A DNA stretch of 63,877 bases, counting the filler, from Octopus bimaculoides (taxonomy: Eukaryota), in assembly GCF_001194135.2 (NCBI RefSeq). It is 4 parts of 4 records of this genome, joined end to end, with 100 filler letters (N's around TTAATTAATTAA, not from the genome) between each part and the next. Parts side by side here need not be neighbours in the genome. Positions count along the whole stretch, not along the records: positions 1 to 19,642 come from NC_068992.1; positions 19,743 to 31,672 come from NC_068987.1; 2 more parts are not named here. One strand, written 5' to 3'. Each line of letters opens with the position of its first letter. Position 1 is the stretch's first letter. The translations under genes and the position numbers were made by a program. The notes beneath the pieces were generated by a model, which did not search any database, was not told the origin of the DNA, and saw only the letters and a list, made by a program, of their open reading frames with translations. Shown here one piece after another: positions 14,347-27,643 of this stretch.

Positions 14347-14719
14347 ATTTCATCCATACATATATATATTCATATATATCTAAATGGTTATGTGTAGGTG
14401 GTGGTGGGTGGGTGTGTATGTATGTAGATCTTTATATTGAACTTCATAAATGAACAAAAATATATTCCATACCGACGTGGAGGGTAAATATTTATTGGAG
14501 TACTGAGACTGGTCTCTGTCAATAGTTAGACGTTTGTGTATCTCGCCGATCAAGTAAGTAACCATTATACAATATATGAGACATTTATTATATGAACTAT
14601 TTATGAGTAATTTATAATTACGTGGATAATCCAATTATAAATATGAAAAAGTAATGCAATGAATTATATCTATGTGTGTGTCTATGTATATGTGTACGTG
14701 CTTGTTTTAGTACATATAT

Positions 14720-14990
14720 ATTTACCAGTATACATTATACATTTTGGTGCTCCGTTGATTACGCCGAAAGGTGTTCCAGCCAAGGTGTATCCCTTTTGCT
14801 TCTTACTATTTCCGTTTTCGTTTCCAGGTTTTCGACATTCCACCTTTTATATCTACGTATTTCTCATTTTTCTGGCGTTTTTCACTCATCCTATCGTCCC
14901 ACTTTTAGTGCCTGATGATTGTGCTAGGACACCTGACGCCTTAAAAAATACTGCCTGGCGTGATCCCAGCACATGAAACATATACTGCGT
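14720..14990 (+). mobile_element. PLE-type terminal repeat remnant carrying a degenerate hammerhead
   Basis: Pyrimidine-rich tract followed by CTGATGA-hairpin-GAAAC. Confidence 0.5.
14908..14989 (+). ncRNA. Degenerate type-I hammerhead ribozyme motif
   Basis: CTGATGA 14912-14918; long stem II (TGTGCTaGGA/TCCcAGCACA and ACGCC/GGCGT); GAAAC 14975-14979; cleavage triplet not intact. Confidence 0.6.
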
Positions 14991-15075
14991 TTATTATATA
15001 ATATTTATCTATCACCAGATGGACTACTTTGCTGATCCTACCATCACGTAACCGTACACCATATGTTTCTATATC

Positions 15076-15113
<38 letters not shown>

Positions 15114-18100
15114 CCACGTATTGTATATATATGTACATACCACATATAGTCATATATATATATAAGTGTGTGTGAGCATGTTTGTGTTCAGAAAAAAATT
15201 CCACCATGGTAATATTCGGTACACACACACACATGTATAAGTACGAATAGCGTGAAAAGTGCATGCACCATCGACGGTTGATTCTTGTCCTTCAGAATTT
15301 AATTTTTCTCTTGATTTTTTTGGTTACTCCATGTTCATGGCATTCATAACTGAGAAGGTAAATCCTTGCGTAAAAAAACGAGTTATAGATCGCAAGAAAG
15401 AAATGGCGGAAAGTGCTGTTGTTATGCCCTGCGTTCTTTACATGTTCATTCGACTCTTATATATTTTGTCTTCAAAAATGTCTGCTACGGTGATGCTGTA
15501 GTGATGCTTGTTGGTATGGTAATCCAATACGGTTTTTCCTCGTTTTTGTGTCAATTCTAAGCGTATTCAATGTGCATTCAGATGATATTTGAACAACACA
15601 AATAAGTAATCTCACATGTATAACTATAAGCAAAGAATTATATTCAAGCGTATATCTCAATGCACACACAGTTTCACTAACAAAATCACACAAAAATATA
15701 TTTTACTGTTTTGTTTATATAAATACTATTACGAAGTTATTTCATATAACACAAAAAGATTTATAAATCCTTTTGTATGACTATGTGTTTATTTACCTAT
15801 ACTCACGTCTGCCTAACAACTCAACCATTAATATCTCTCTGCAGCTGTGCATTTATCTCATTTTATTCACTCAACAATTCTTAAATCTTATGCATGTGTG
15901 TGTTTATGTATTGTATATGCAATGGACAGTAATACAAAGGACAAAGAAAAAAATGAGATTTCAGATAACAATTTAATATATATTGTATTAGTTTAATGTC
16001 TTAACGAATGAGAAAGACTCAGAAGAGTTCGGACGTAAGTCATTCACCGGAAGAAAGAGAAAATTATACGAGGTTTGAGAAGGAGGAGTTGTCAGTCGAA
16101 GAATACTAGGCAAGTAATTCTATGCTGGAGTAAACAGAGGAAGGGTTAGTTGGGTATGTATACGCATAGGAGTGTTTCCGCGTTCGGATATATGCATATA
16201 ATGGAAGTGAGGTTTGTGTATTTACAGATACCTGTATTTAGGAATATTTGTATGCGTATGAGTAAGTATGGCGGTATAGTAGATTAGTGGGTTTGTGAGG
16301 AGTCAGTAGGTGTGCGTAATTGTTGAGTGCACGTGGGGAAATGGTGGGTGTGAGGAAGAAGGAGCGAGCACGATGGTGAGGTAAAATGAAAGGCAAGAAG
16401 TTAAGAATGTGGATGGGTGATAGAAATACATGCACAGGAGTATGACTGTGAGGCGTTGTTACCTAGAAAAAGGCAAATAATGAAATAAAAAAGAAAAAGT
16501 AAGTGAAATGAGACCATAAGATACTACTGCATGAGAAAGCGTAATGGGTGTCACTGTGCCGCATTATATCATGAGAATATACGTATATGCTTATTCCATG
16601 ACTGGGCGAGAAAAGTAGTCGGAGAAAAATAATTATGAAACACTGGTAAAAGCTGAAAAGTGAAAACACTCAGTATAATAGTGAGTGTTTGAAAGAAAAG
16701 TTATATAAAAATTACATGATACATAGATATATGTATATTATAATGGAGAAAGCTGCTTGTTAATTAGGTATGTAACAGTTACTAATAGTACTAAAGGAAA
16801 ACAGCTATTAAAGGCTTGACCGTCTGGGAATATTTTCATAAATTCGTGTTCTAAGAAATAAATTCGATTTCTGAAGTTTATTGAATTTTTGAACTCCAAT
16901 TTTTCGCAAATTTAAATATTCATTGAATTCAATAATAAATAATGTTAATTCGTTGCTGGCGATATTTTCCGTTTAATGATTATTTAATAATAACTGTATA
17001 ACTTTGATACGTGACACAATTTCAAGAATGTTATCAGTTTCTGGAGTTTGTTAATGGAATATGTTTGATGAAAATAGAATTTTTTAATATACCTGTATAG
17101 TTTGTAAGTGATTTTGTGTTGAAGGAATGCATGACATTAGACAAAATGGCTGTACAACTTTGATACGAGGCATAATTTCAAGAATATTATCAGTTTCCGA
17201 AATTTGTTAAATGAATAATTTTGATAAAAGGAAGTTTTTTTTAAATACCGGTATTTTTTTTTAATGAAATAGTTATTTTGTTGGTAAATTAAACACCAGT
17301 CAATAACTGGTGTCGATGTGATCGATTCTCCCCTTCCCCACAGAAACCTTGTAACTAAAGCAGAAAGGAATATTATTTTTATGAACATTATGATTATGAC
17401 CGCTAGAATGAATGCATCAAATGCCGTCATTTATAGCGTCGAATATAATAACTGGAGGGTTATTTTGCGTGCGCTGAATTCAAAGAACACCGATTTAAGT
17501 TGTGCTACTTTTCCTTATGATACCGATAAATAAAATACTTGTCAAATTAATTGTACTGAACCGTCTATCTTACTCTCTCAATCCTCCTCTTGATCGCTTC
17601 TTCTAACATTTCGTTAAGTGAGTGGGCATAAGTTATCATTTCGCTTCCCTTTATCTAGATATATTGAAAATGATGTACAGAGGGTATAGAAAGCTGGTTT
17701 ATAGAGAATTCCTATTATGCGCTACTGGAACTGATAAAAAAAAAGGTCCCATATACACTATAACAACGAAGAGAAATGGAAATGAAAAGAAAGAATTAAT
17801 ACACTGAGGTGTTATAAATTTAGATCTTTCCACTTATGATGAGAAAACTGAAAATCAAAAATAGAAAAATGGATAACAAAGTTCCAATAAATGTCTTGTT
17901 TAAATCTCTTTCAAACTTCTTTCGTAGAATTAAATTAGAATGCATTGACTATAAATGACAAAATTCAATGCGTAAGTAATATTTCTGCAGCGCGTCATTA
18001 TTATCCTTATCAGTTCGAAAAATGGAAGAAACATGCCAATAATATATATNNNNNNNNNNNNNNNNNNNNNNNNNNNNNNNNNNNNNNNNNNNNNNNNNNN

Positions 18101-19490
18101 NNNNNNNNNNNNNNNNNNNNNNNNNNNNNNNNNNNNNNNNNNNNNNNNNNNNNNNNNNNNNNNNNNNNNNNNNNNNNNNNNNNNNNNNNNNNNNNNNNNN
18201 NNNNNNNNNNNNNNNNNNNNNNNNNNNNNNNNNNNNNNNNNNNNNNNNNNNNNNNNNNNNNNNNNNNNNNNNNNNNNNNNNNNNNNNNNNNNNNNNNNNN
18301 NNNNNNNNNNNNNNNNNNNNNNNNNNNNNNNNNNNNNNNNNNNNNNNNNNNNNNNNNNNNNNNNNNNNNNNNNNNNNNNNNNNNNNNNNNNNNNNNNNNN
18401 NNNNNNNNNNNNNNNNNNNNNNNNNNNNNNNNNNNNNNNNNNNNNNNNNNNNNNNNNNNNNNNNNNNNNNNNNNNNNNNNNNNNNNNNNNNNNNNNNNNN
18501 NNNNNNNNNNNNNNNNNNNNNNNNNNNNNNNNNNNNNNNNNNNNNNNNNNNNNNNNNNNNNNNNNNNNNNNNNNNNNNNNNNNNNNNNNNNNNNNNNNNN
18601 NNNNNNNNNNNNNNNNNNNNNNNNNNNNNNNNNNNNNNNNNNNNNNNNNNNNNNNNNNNNNNNNNNNNNNNNNNNNNNNNNNNNNNNNNNNNNNNNNNNN
18701 NNNNNNNNNNNNNNNNNNNNNNNNNNNNNNNNNNNNNNNNNNNNNNNNNNNNNNNNNNNNNNNNNNNNNNNNNNNNNNNNNNNNNNNNNNNNNNNNNNNN
18801 NNNNNNNNNNNNNNNNNNNNNNNNNNNNNNNNNNNNNNNNNNNNNNNNNNNNNNNNNNNNNNNNNNNNNNNNNNNNNNNNNNNNNNNNNNNNNNNNNNNN
18901 NNNNNNNNNNNNNNNNNNNNNNNNNNNNNNNNNNNNNNNNNNNNNNNNNNNNNNNNNNNNNNNNNNNNNNNNNNNNNNNNNNNNNNNNNNATATATATAT
19001 ATATATATATATATATAGATACATGTATATATACATATATATGTATATACCTATATATGCATATTCATAAATATATGTGTATATATACATGTATGTGTGA
19101 GTATACATGTGTGTGTCTGCGTGTGTATTATTATTTATGAGTGTATGTGTGTGCGAGTGAGTCTTTATAATTATTAGTTACTATTGATCTTCTGGTACAA
19201 TTAGTTACTATTACTGTTTCACTCTAGTTCTCTTTGTTTTCTCGTTCATTTGAAGTGAAATATATTTGGTATAGAATAGCACAAGAGTATGCAATTCACA
19301 AGGTGCCGAATTTATCTTTTTATCATGTCTCTTTTACTTATTTCAATCATTAGACTGCGCCCATGCTGGTGCACAGCCTTCAAAATTGTTTTTTAACCGC
19401 ATGAATCGATCCCAGTACTTTTTTAAAAACAAAACTTGTACTTATTACATTTACATTAGAAGGATATGTGTTCTCATTTTGTTTGTTGTT

Positions 19491-19536
19491 ACCACAGCAT
19501 TTCGGCTGATTTACTCTCCAGCCGTCATCAGGTGTC
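19491..19536 (-). ncRNA. Degenerate minimal type-I hammerhead ribozyme motif
   Basis: Minus strand reads GACAC CTGATGA C GGCTG gagagtaaat CAGCC GAAA TGCT GTGGT; stem II perfect, stem III/cleavage site mutated. Confidence 0.65.
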
Positions 19537-19686
19537 CTGGTAGAATTTTGAACCCAACCCAGCCGTCTCATTCGTAAGGTATGTTTTGCTGATGCTATTA
19601 TTATCGTCATTGTCATTATTATATATATATATATATATATATNNNNNNNNNNNNNNNNNNNNNNNNNNNNNNNNNNNNNNNNNNNN

Positions 19687-19698
19687 TTAATTAATTAA
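19687..19698. other. Artificial assembly spacer TTAATTAATTAA inside a 100-bp N block (also 31717-31728 and 58435-58446)
   Basis: Identical 44N+12+44N structure three times; stops in all six frames. Confidence 0.9.
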
Positions 19699-19781
19699 NN
19701 NNNNNNNNNNNNNNNNNNNNNNNNNNNNNNNNNNNNNNNNNNGAAAGCACGTTATAAAAATAAAACTACTGAATAATAATG

Positions 19782-19784
<3 letters not shown>

Positions 19785-19871
<87 letters not shown>

Positions 19872-19946
19872 GTAATAATAAAAGTAAAAATAATAAAAAT
19901 AAAAATAATAATAATAAGAAGAATAGTAATAGTAATAATAATAATG

Positions 19947-19982
<36 letters not shown>
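19785..19982. repeat. (ATA)n microsatellite
   Basis: Direct reading. Confidence 0.95.
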
Positions 19983-19983
<1 letters not shown>

Positions 19984-20344
19984 CAAGGTGCACAGAGCTG
20001 CGCTCGGTAGTGAAGTGAAAGCACGTTATAAAAATAAAACTACTGAACAATAATAATAATAATGATGATGATGATGATGATGATGATAATAATGATAATA
20101 ATTTTGTTGAGCGTGTTAAGCCAGATAACCAATGCCTTACACACTCACCATACAATAAAAATTGTAACACTACAAAGGATGCACCATACCACAAGATAAA
20201 AGAACACGCAGTGCTGCACTCACACCAGCAACACGGAGGTGTAGCAGGTGACGCAGTGAACATTTGCCTCAATCTACCTTATGTTGAACAGTTATATAAT
20301 GATAATAATAATAGTTTCAAATTTTGGTACATGACCAGCAAGGG

Positions 20345-20470
20345 GGTGTAAATCGATTACATCGATCTCAGTGGTCAACTGGTACTTAGTTTATCGACCC
20401 TGGAAATATGAAAAGCAAAGTCGACCTCGGAGGAACTCAAAGCATAAAGACGGACGAAATGCCATTGAGC
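20345..20470 (-). mobile_element. SINE family A fragment
   Basis: ggtacttagtttatcgaccc...gcaaagtcgacctcgg motif. Confidence 0.75.
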
Positions 20471-20502
20471 CTTTCTCCGTCATACTAATGATTCTGCTAG
20501 CT

Positions 20503-20575
<73 letters not shown>

Positions 20576-20576
20576 G

Positions 20577-20617
<41 letters not shown>
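20503..20617. repeat. (TAC)n microsatellite
   Basis: Direct reading. Confidence 0.95.
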
Positions 20618-20690
20618 GATAAATAATAATAGTAATAATGATTTTAAATTTTAGCACAAGGCCAGCAAATCAGGAAAACGTGGTAAGCCT

Positions 20691-20853
20691 GTTACATCGA
20701 TAGCAGGGCTCGAGTGGTAACTATTTTATCGACCCCGAAATGATAAAAAGCAAAGTCAACCTCACCTCACCGAAATTTGAAGTCAGAGTGCAGACATGGA
20801 CGAAATGCCGCTAAGCATTTATCCCAGTGTGCTAACTATTTTTCCTGCTCGCT
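20691..20853 (-). mobile_element. SINE family A copy
   Basis: tttatcgaccccgaaatgataaaaagcaaagtcaacctc...gacgaaatgccgctaagcattt. Confidence 0.8.
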
Positions 20854-20875
20854 CAAGCCACAGACACTCACATAC

Positions 20876-20906
<31 letters not shown>

Positions 20907-21014
20907 CATACATACATACATACATACATACACATATAAGCAATAATAAATCTCTGAGCGAGATATAAACAATAGCAGTACATCGTGAAGTATATGTATA
21001 TATATGTATGAATT

Positions 21015-21077
<63 letters not shown>

Positions 21078-21093
21078 CGATATACCATGTCTG

Positions 21094-21195
<102 letters not shown>

Positions 21196-22689
21196 ACCTA
21201 TCTATTTAGGTAGCTAGCTATCTATTCTTGTTCTCTGGTTAAAGTCTAAAAACAAAATTTTCAAATTAACTCAATATTGGATTGCACTAAAATGGACGGA
21301 CTTAAACATACACTTACAAATAGAGATATTCTCAAAGAATTACACGCGTGTATTTACACACAGACACGCACACATTACTAAAGTACGGAGCGAACTGAAG
21401 AACATCCACTATTCACCACATATATGCATATAACAATATAAGAAAACTCATTCCCGCTGGAAACACTTTCTCAAGACAACTAATAGAAAAAAAAGTTATA
21501 AAAATGGAAACGAAAGAAATGTACAACGATATAGATACATTGTTGAGTCTTCAGGGCGGAATGATTTTCGACTTAATTATTACCCCTTGATGGTTCACAA
21601 AACTTTTCTTTTTTTATAATATGTAGCAAATTAGAAGAAGATTATAAAATATCCGATTTAACGCTATCAACATAATGTAATTGAATGTATTATCGATCGT
21701 CATAAGAGAAAAAAAAAATAAGATAAAAAATGAGAAATAGCGTAAATGAAGAAGGATAGTAATTGATACCGAAGGGAAATATAGAAAATGTTCACCAAGT
21801 ACTCAACAGTACATAGTTGCATATAATAGCATAATAATTAAAATAAAACGCTAGAAAGAACTGCGATATTTTATCGTTAAAGGATTAATTTTCAGTTGAG
21901 ATCTGTTTGACCTAAAGTACTGAATAATGTACATGATATTCAGATGTGTTCTGCATACATTTCAAGTGCTGAAAGCGATATATTTTAATGTCGAAAATGC
22001 GCTTGAATATGTCTTCCAACAGAAATTTGAGATATCAAATTTACGTATGTTTATGACACATGGGACGGGAGTGGGTACACTTAAATGAAAAAAATATAGT
22101 GAAGCAAAAAGGAAACTAATACTCCGCTCTTCTATTGTATTTTATGCAGCTAATTTCGTTAAAAGTTTTTAGTTTCACAAACAAAATATACTTTCTTTCT
22201 TGCAAAATGCTCTGTCTCTTGCTTCGTTTTGAGATAAAACAATTTTAATTGAAATAATTTACTTGTCAAAAGCACAACACTGGGAATTTAAGGGAGAAAA
22301 AAGTGGATATCTTCGCAATTGTTTTTATATCATTATTTCAATAAAATTACTTTGCTTTTATATTCATTTATTGTACACCTAAATATTTTACGCTATCTCA
22401 CGTTAATTATTTTTTATGTATGTGACTGAATATCAATTATATTCTACAAAGTCTTTTGTCTCTTTCTATTATTCAGACACCTGGCTTTTCGCAGAAACAT
22501 GAAGCTTTCACGAAATCAGACAAAAAATTCACAGTTTCACAACTTTTCTCAAATACAGATGAAGATTTTCACACAACAATTGACCTAGATCTAAAATTAT
22601 TTTACTCCAGTCTTTATAATTTTCTACATGGTTATTAAATCTGTGTATCAATTTCTGAAGAGTTCATTATCCTACACGAAAATATAATC

Positions 22690-22727
<38 letters not shown>

Positions 22728-23459
22728 NNNNNNNNNNNNNNNNNNNNNNNNNNNNNNNNNNNNNNNNNNNNNNNNNNNNNNNNNNNNNNNNNNNNNNNNN
22801 NNNNNNNNNNNNNNNNNNNNNNNNNNNNNNNNNNNNNNNNNNNNNNNNNNNNNNNNNNNNNNNNNNNNNNNNNNNNNNNNNNNNNNNNNNNNNNNNNNNN
22901 NNNNNNNNNNNNNNNNNNNNNNNNNNNNNNNNNNNNNNNNNNNNNNNNNNNNNNNNNNNNNNNNNNNNNNNNNNNNNNNNNNNNNNNNNNNNNNNNNNNN
23001 NNNNNNNNNNNNNNNNNNNNNNNNNNNNNNNNNNNNNNNNNNNNNNNNNNNNNNNNNNNNNNNNNNNNNNNNNNNNNNNNNNNNNNNNNNNNNNNNNNNN
23101 NNNNNNNNNNNNNNNNNNNNNNNNNNNNNNNNNNNNNNNNNNNNNNNNNNNNNNNNNNNNNNNNNNNNNNNNNNNNNNNNNNNNNNNNNNNNNNNNNNNN
23201 NNNNNNNNNNNNNNNNNNNNNNNNNNNNNNNNNNNNNNNNNNNNNNNNNNNNNNNNNNNNNNNNNNNNNNNNNNNNNNNNNNNNNNNNNNNNNNNNNNNN
23301 NNNNNNNNNNNNNNNNNNNNNNNNNNNNNNNNNNNNNNNNNNNNNNNNNNNNNNNNNNNNNNNNNNNNNNNNNNNNNNNNNNNNNNNNNNNNNNNNNNNN
23401 NNNNNNNNNNNNNNNNNNNNNNNNNNNNNNNNNNNNNNNNNNNNNNNNNNNNTATTTAG

Positions 23460-26400
23460 CCTTCCAGCTCAGAGGTGTTCTGTTAAAATGCAGAAATACT
23501 TACTGACTTTAGCATTGGACAGTCACTTTAAAGGTGTTGTGCTCAAAAGCGAAACGGCACTTAACATTGACTTGCTAGGTATTGTGTTCCAGTGGGAAAA
23601 TTGGCTGAAGTTAGGCATTGATAATAAGTTAAAAGTTTAGTATTTAAATATGAAATGGCTCACTATGGTTAGGTTTTGGCAGTCAACTCCAAAATGACAG
23701 GTTCAGACACGAAATTGCTGACTATATTTAGTGCGGCACAACCAGCTCTTATTTGCTGCGCTCAACTGCGTATTGGCTGTTGCTTATGTTTTTTTGCAAA
23801 ATCACTGACACTTTAATGGTATGAAAATGCCATTCAAATGCGAAATTTATAACCAAGTACAACAGGCAGTCACCACAAAACTGCTGCATACAAGCGTTAA
23901 ATTGCTGTGGTTTTGAGCACCCAGCTCAAATGTGCTTTATTCGCATGTGAGATTGCTGACTGAGTATATTAATGGACATCTAGCTCACAAATTCTACGCT
24001 TAAATGCGAAACTGCTGAGTTTATTATTGAACCGACAATACAGACGATTTTATTTAAATGCAAAATTGTTAACGGAATTGGTGTTCTTTTTATTTCAAAC
24101 CCGAAGCTGCGAAGTCCAAGGTGCAATGTTAAGATGCAAAATTGTCGCAATATTATATTAAGAGTGGATGCGCGTGGCTTACTGGTTATGGTGTCAGCAT
24201 CATGATCGTAAGATTGTGGTTTCGATTCCTGGACCGGGCAACGCGTTGTGTTCTTGAGCAAGACACTTCATTTCACGTTGTTCCAGTACACTCAGCTGGC
24301 AAAAATGAGTAACGCTGCTATGAACAGGTGTCCCGTCCAGCTGGGGAACACAAACGCCATTGAAACCGAGAAACCGGGCCCATGAGCCTGGCAAGGCTTT
24401 AAAAGGGCGCATTTATTTTTATGTATTATATTAGGAAACTAGTTCAAAGGTGTTGTGGTGAAAAATAAAATTGTTGATTAAGCATAGTATTAGATTGCAA
24501 GCTCGTGTGTGCTCCGTTCAATGAACGTCATACTGGACACGCAGTACATTGTCCAATCAGGAAATTGCTATTGATAGTAATGAATGGGCAGCCTATGTTT
24601 ATTTGTTCAAATGTAAAGTTGTTCCCTTAATTTAGTACTGGAAATCTAGTGAATATAATACAGAAGATCCAGCTGAAAAGTGCAGCTAGCTCAGCTTTTC
24701 AATTTGTCGGAAACCTCAAATTTACTGTTATAATACAGAATTATCGACTGAGTTTAATACATGTCAAACAAAGCGAAGTTATTTTGTTCAGTTGCAAATT
24801 ACTGACTGATTACAATACCTGAACATCATTTCAATGGTGATGAGCTGAAATTCTAAATTGTTGATTAAGTACGTTATATTATTTGGATAGCCAGCTGAAA
24901 TGTACTCTGTACAGAATGCCGACCGAATATTTTATCTATCAGCCAGCTCAAACGGGCTGTGTTCAATGTAAAATCACTGACTACTGTGGGTTTTAAAGAA
25001 CCGCTCAAAGATGTCCTGTTCAAATGTGAAATTGCTGGCAAAGCCGGCCCTAATGAGTTATGTTTTATTACGAAATTGATGACTTAGTATCACACGTGTC
25101 AGCCAACCAAAAGTTGCTATATTCAAGTGTAAAATTACTGACTGCGATGAATACTAATAACCAGCTCAAAGATATTCTGTTCAGGTATAAACTCGCTGGC
25201 AAAGTATGTGATTGGAAAGCCAGCCCAAATAGGCAATGTTCAATCCCATAAATGGTAACTTAGTTTCATATGAATCACTCAGCTAAAAGTAACGTATTCA
25301 AATGCAAAATCACTGACTAGTGTTAGCCAAGCTATCTGAAATTTGTTGCGTTCAAATAGGAAATTACTTACTAAAGTTAGTATTGAAAAGCCAACCCAAA
25401 TATGTTATCTTAGCCAGATTAGATTTGCTGTGTTTAAATATGAAATAGGTAAATGAATATAATAGAGGACAGCCATATCAAAGTTATATTCTAATGCGAA
25501 ATTGCTGACTGAAGCATATATTATTGGCTCAAAAGTTCCGTGGTCAAGTTGCTGATTGATATTAGTCTAGAAATAAAAGATTCGGTGTTCAAATGTAAAA
25601 ATAATTATACACCGAAGTTAATATTAGAAAACCAGCTTAAATCGGCTGTTTAAATATGAGATTACAGGTTGAATATATTATAGGACAGCGAAATTTCCGA
25701 GTATGTTATTGGACATCTATTGCAAAAATACGTTCAAATGTAAAATTTTTCGTCGTGCTTAATATTCAACTGCAAGTTGAAAGATGTATTCCAATGTGAA
25801 ATTACAAACTTAATTTAGTGTTAAAGTGACTGCACATATATATTGTGTTTAACTGTGAACAAGAAATTTCTGACTGTCATTAGTACATTAGTATTAGAAA
25901 TTTCGAAGTCTTCACCGAGTTTAGTAATGAAAATTTAGTTCAAATGTGTTGTGCTCAAATGTGAGCTTTTGCTCAATGAGCTGAGTATAGGAAAACCAGG
26001 CGAAATATGATTTGCTAGCTTTTAAACTCGCTGCGTCCAATTGTAAAGATGTTATCTGAATACTAGAATTAACGGTGCTGTATTCAAATTCGAAATTAAT
26101 CAGTGTAGTATAGTATTGGACAACTAGCTTATTAGTACTGAGTTCAAACGTAAAATTTATAAATTAATATAACAGTGGAAGGCGAACTCAAAGTACTTTG
26201 TTCCAGGATGAAAGATCTCATCCCTAACAGGGATATTCTGGGTTAGTGAGTTCAAATTTCCAGTATTCAAATATGAAATTGTTTCACTGAAATATTGAAA
26301 GGTATTGTGTTCAAATTCAAAATTAGATTATTTACGGAATATGATATTACAGACAGCCAGCCCAAATGTGCTATGTTTAAATGCAAAATGGTTGACTGAA

Positions 26401-27040
26401 GTATAGTAATGATTAGCCAGCTTGAAGATTCTTTTGTCACGTACGAAATAGCTGATTATAGAATGAGACATCCTATGTGATGATAGAATTGGACTGCAAA
26501 ATAAAATTTATTGTTTTCAAATGAGAATTTCTGAGTTGTATAAACTATGGGACAGCCAAAAACGAAGGTGCAATAATAAAATCTGTTGTGTTCAAAAATG
26601 AAATTGTTGTGTTAGTAAATGCTCTAACTAGTTCAAGAATGATGTGTTCAAATACGAAATTGCTGGTTGACTTATAATACCTGATTCCATTTAAGTGGTG
26701 CTGCTTTCGAATGCAAAATTTCTAACTCAGTATAGTATTAGACGACTAGAATGAATGTATTGTGTTCAAATGCAAAATATGTGACTGGGTTTAGTATTGA
26801 CCAGCCAACTACTATCTGAGTATAGTATTGGTCAATCTGTTCAAATATACAGTGATCAACAGTAAAATTGGTTATTGACAAGTAGTATTTGACAACCAGT
26901 GTGATATGTTCAAAGATAAAATTGCTGACTTGATACTGTAAGGGATAGTCAGCTAAACAGTTCTGCGTTCATATGTAAAACTGATGACTGAGAAGAGCAT
27001 TTCACAGCAGAGTTGCTAAATAACGTATCGTATTGAACAC
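23460..27040. repeat. Highly diverged tandem array, unit about 58-59 bp
   Basis: Recurrent GTTCAAATGTAAAATTGCTGACTGAGTATAGTATTGGACAGCCAGCTCAAA-like unit; motif starts at 24961, 25018, 25120, 25179, 25238, 25296, 25351. Confidence 0.85.
24161..24423 (+). mobile_element. SINE family C, full length, with 10-bp target-site duplication
   Basis: tRNA-like head (gcgtggcttactgg...ggtttcgattcc), CORE-like gttcttgagcaagacactt; TATTATATTA at 24151-24160 and 24424-24433. Confidence 0.85.
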
Positions 27041-27579
27041 TTTTGATCAGAGGTCTGATTCATCAGAGTTGACCTGGAAGTAGACAGCGATAACCTCAAC
27101 AACAATAACGACAACGTTTACATTGCTTCAATCGTTAATATTGAAAAGAAGTTCACTGTTATGTCACCCATCTTCCAGTGTGTCAGAAATATAATATAGT
27201 GAGTTAAAACACTTTGATCAATTGATTTTATCCAGGCAATTAGTATCTAAAACGCAATAACAAGATAAGTTAATCGAAATTTTAGAACAATATAAACAAT
27301 ACCGATTGGATCGAGTCTGATAATGAAAATCAATGGTGGAGGCTACAAACATGTTTCTGTCTTATCAGACCTCCTCAGTAAAGTATATTCCTTCCCGATG
27401 GGGAGCCTATGAGTATATACCTCCCTCCCTTCCTCCCTCATTCCCTNNNNNNNNNNNNNNNNNNNNNNNNNNNNNNNNNNNNNNNNNNNNNNNNNNNNNN
27501 NNNNNNNNNNNNNNNNNNNNNNNNNNNNNNNNNNNNNNNNNNNNNNNNNNCATCCATCCACCTGTATTTATATATATAA

Positions 27580-27643
<64 letters not shown>

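Noticed and set aside
15259-15693. Overlapping short ORFs on both strands
   Set aside because: No recognisable homology or consistent splice structure
9428-19108. Long ORFs of 230-390 aa in the track
   Set aside because: They consist of N-runs and microsatellite translations (YIYI, HTHT, SIYL)
19687-19698. Recurrent TTAATTAATTAA motif
   Set aside because: Assembler spacer between N-runs, not biological
23460-27040. Array as a decayed C2H2 zinc-finger gene or CRISPR-like array
   Set aside because: The period of about 58-59 bp is not 84 bp or a multiple of 3, there are no HTGEKP linkers, and there are no identical repeats with unique spacers; the context is eukaryotic
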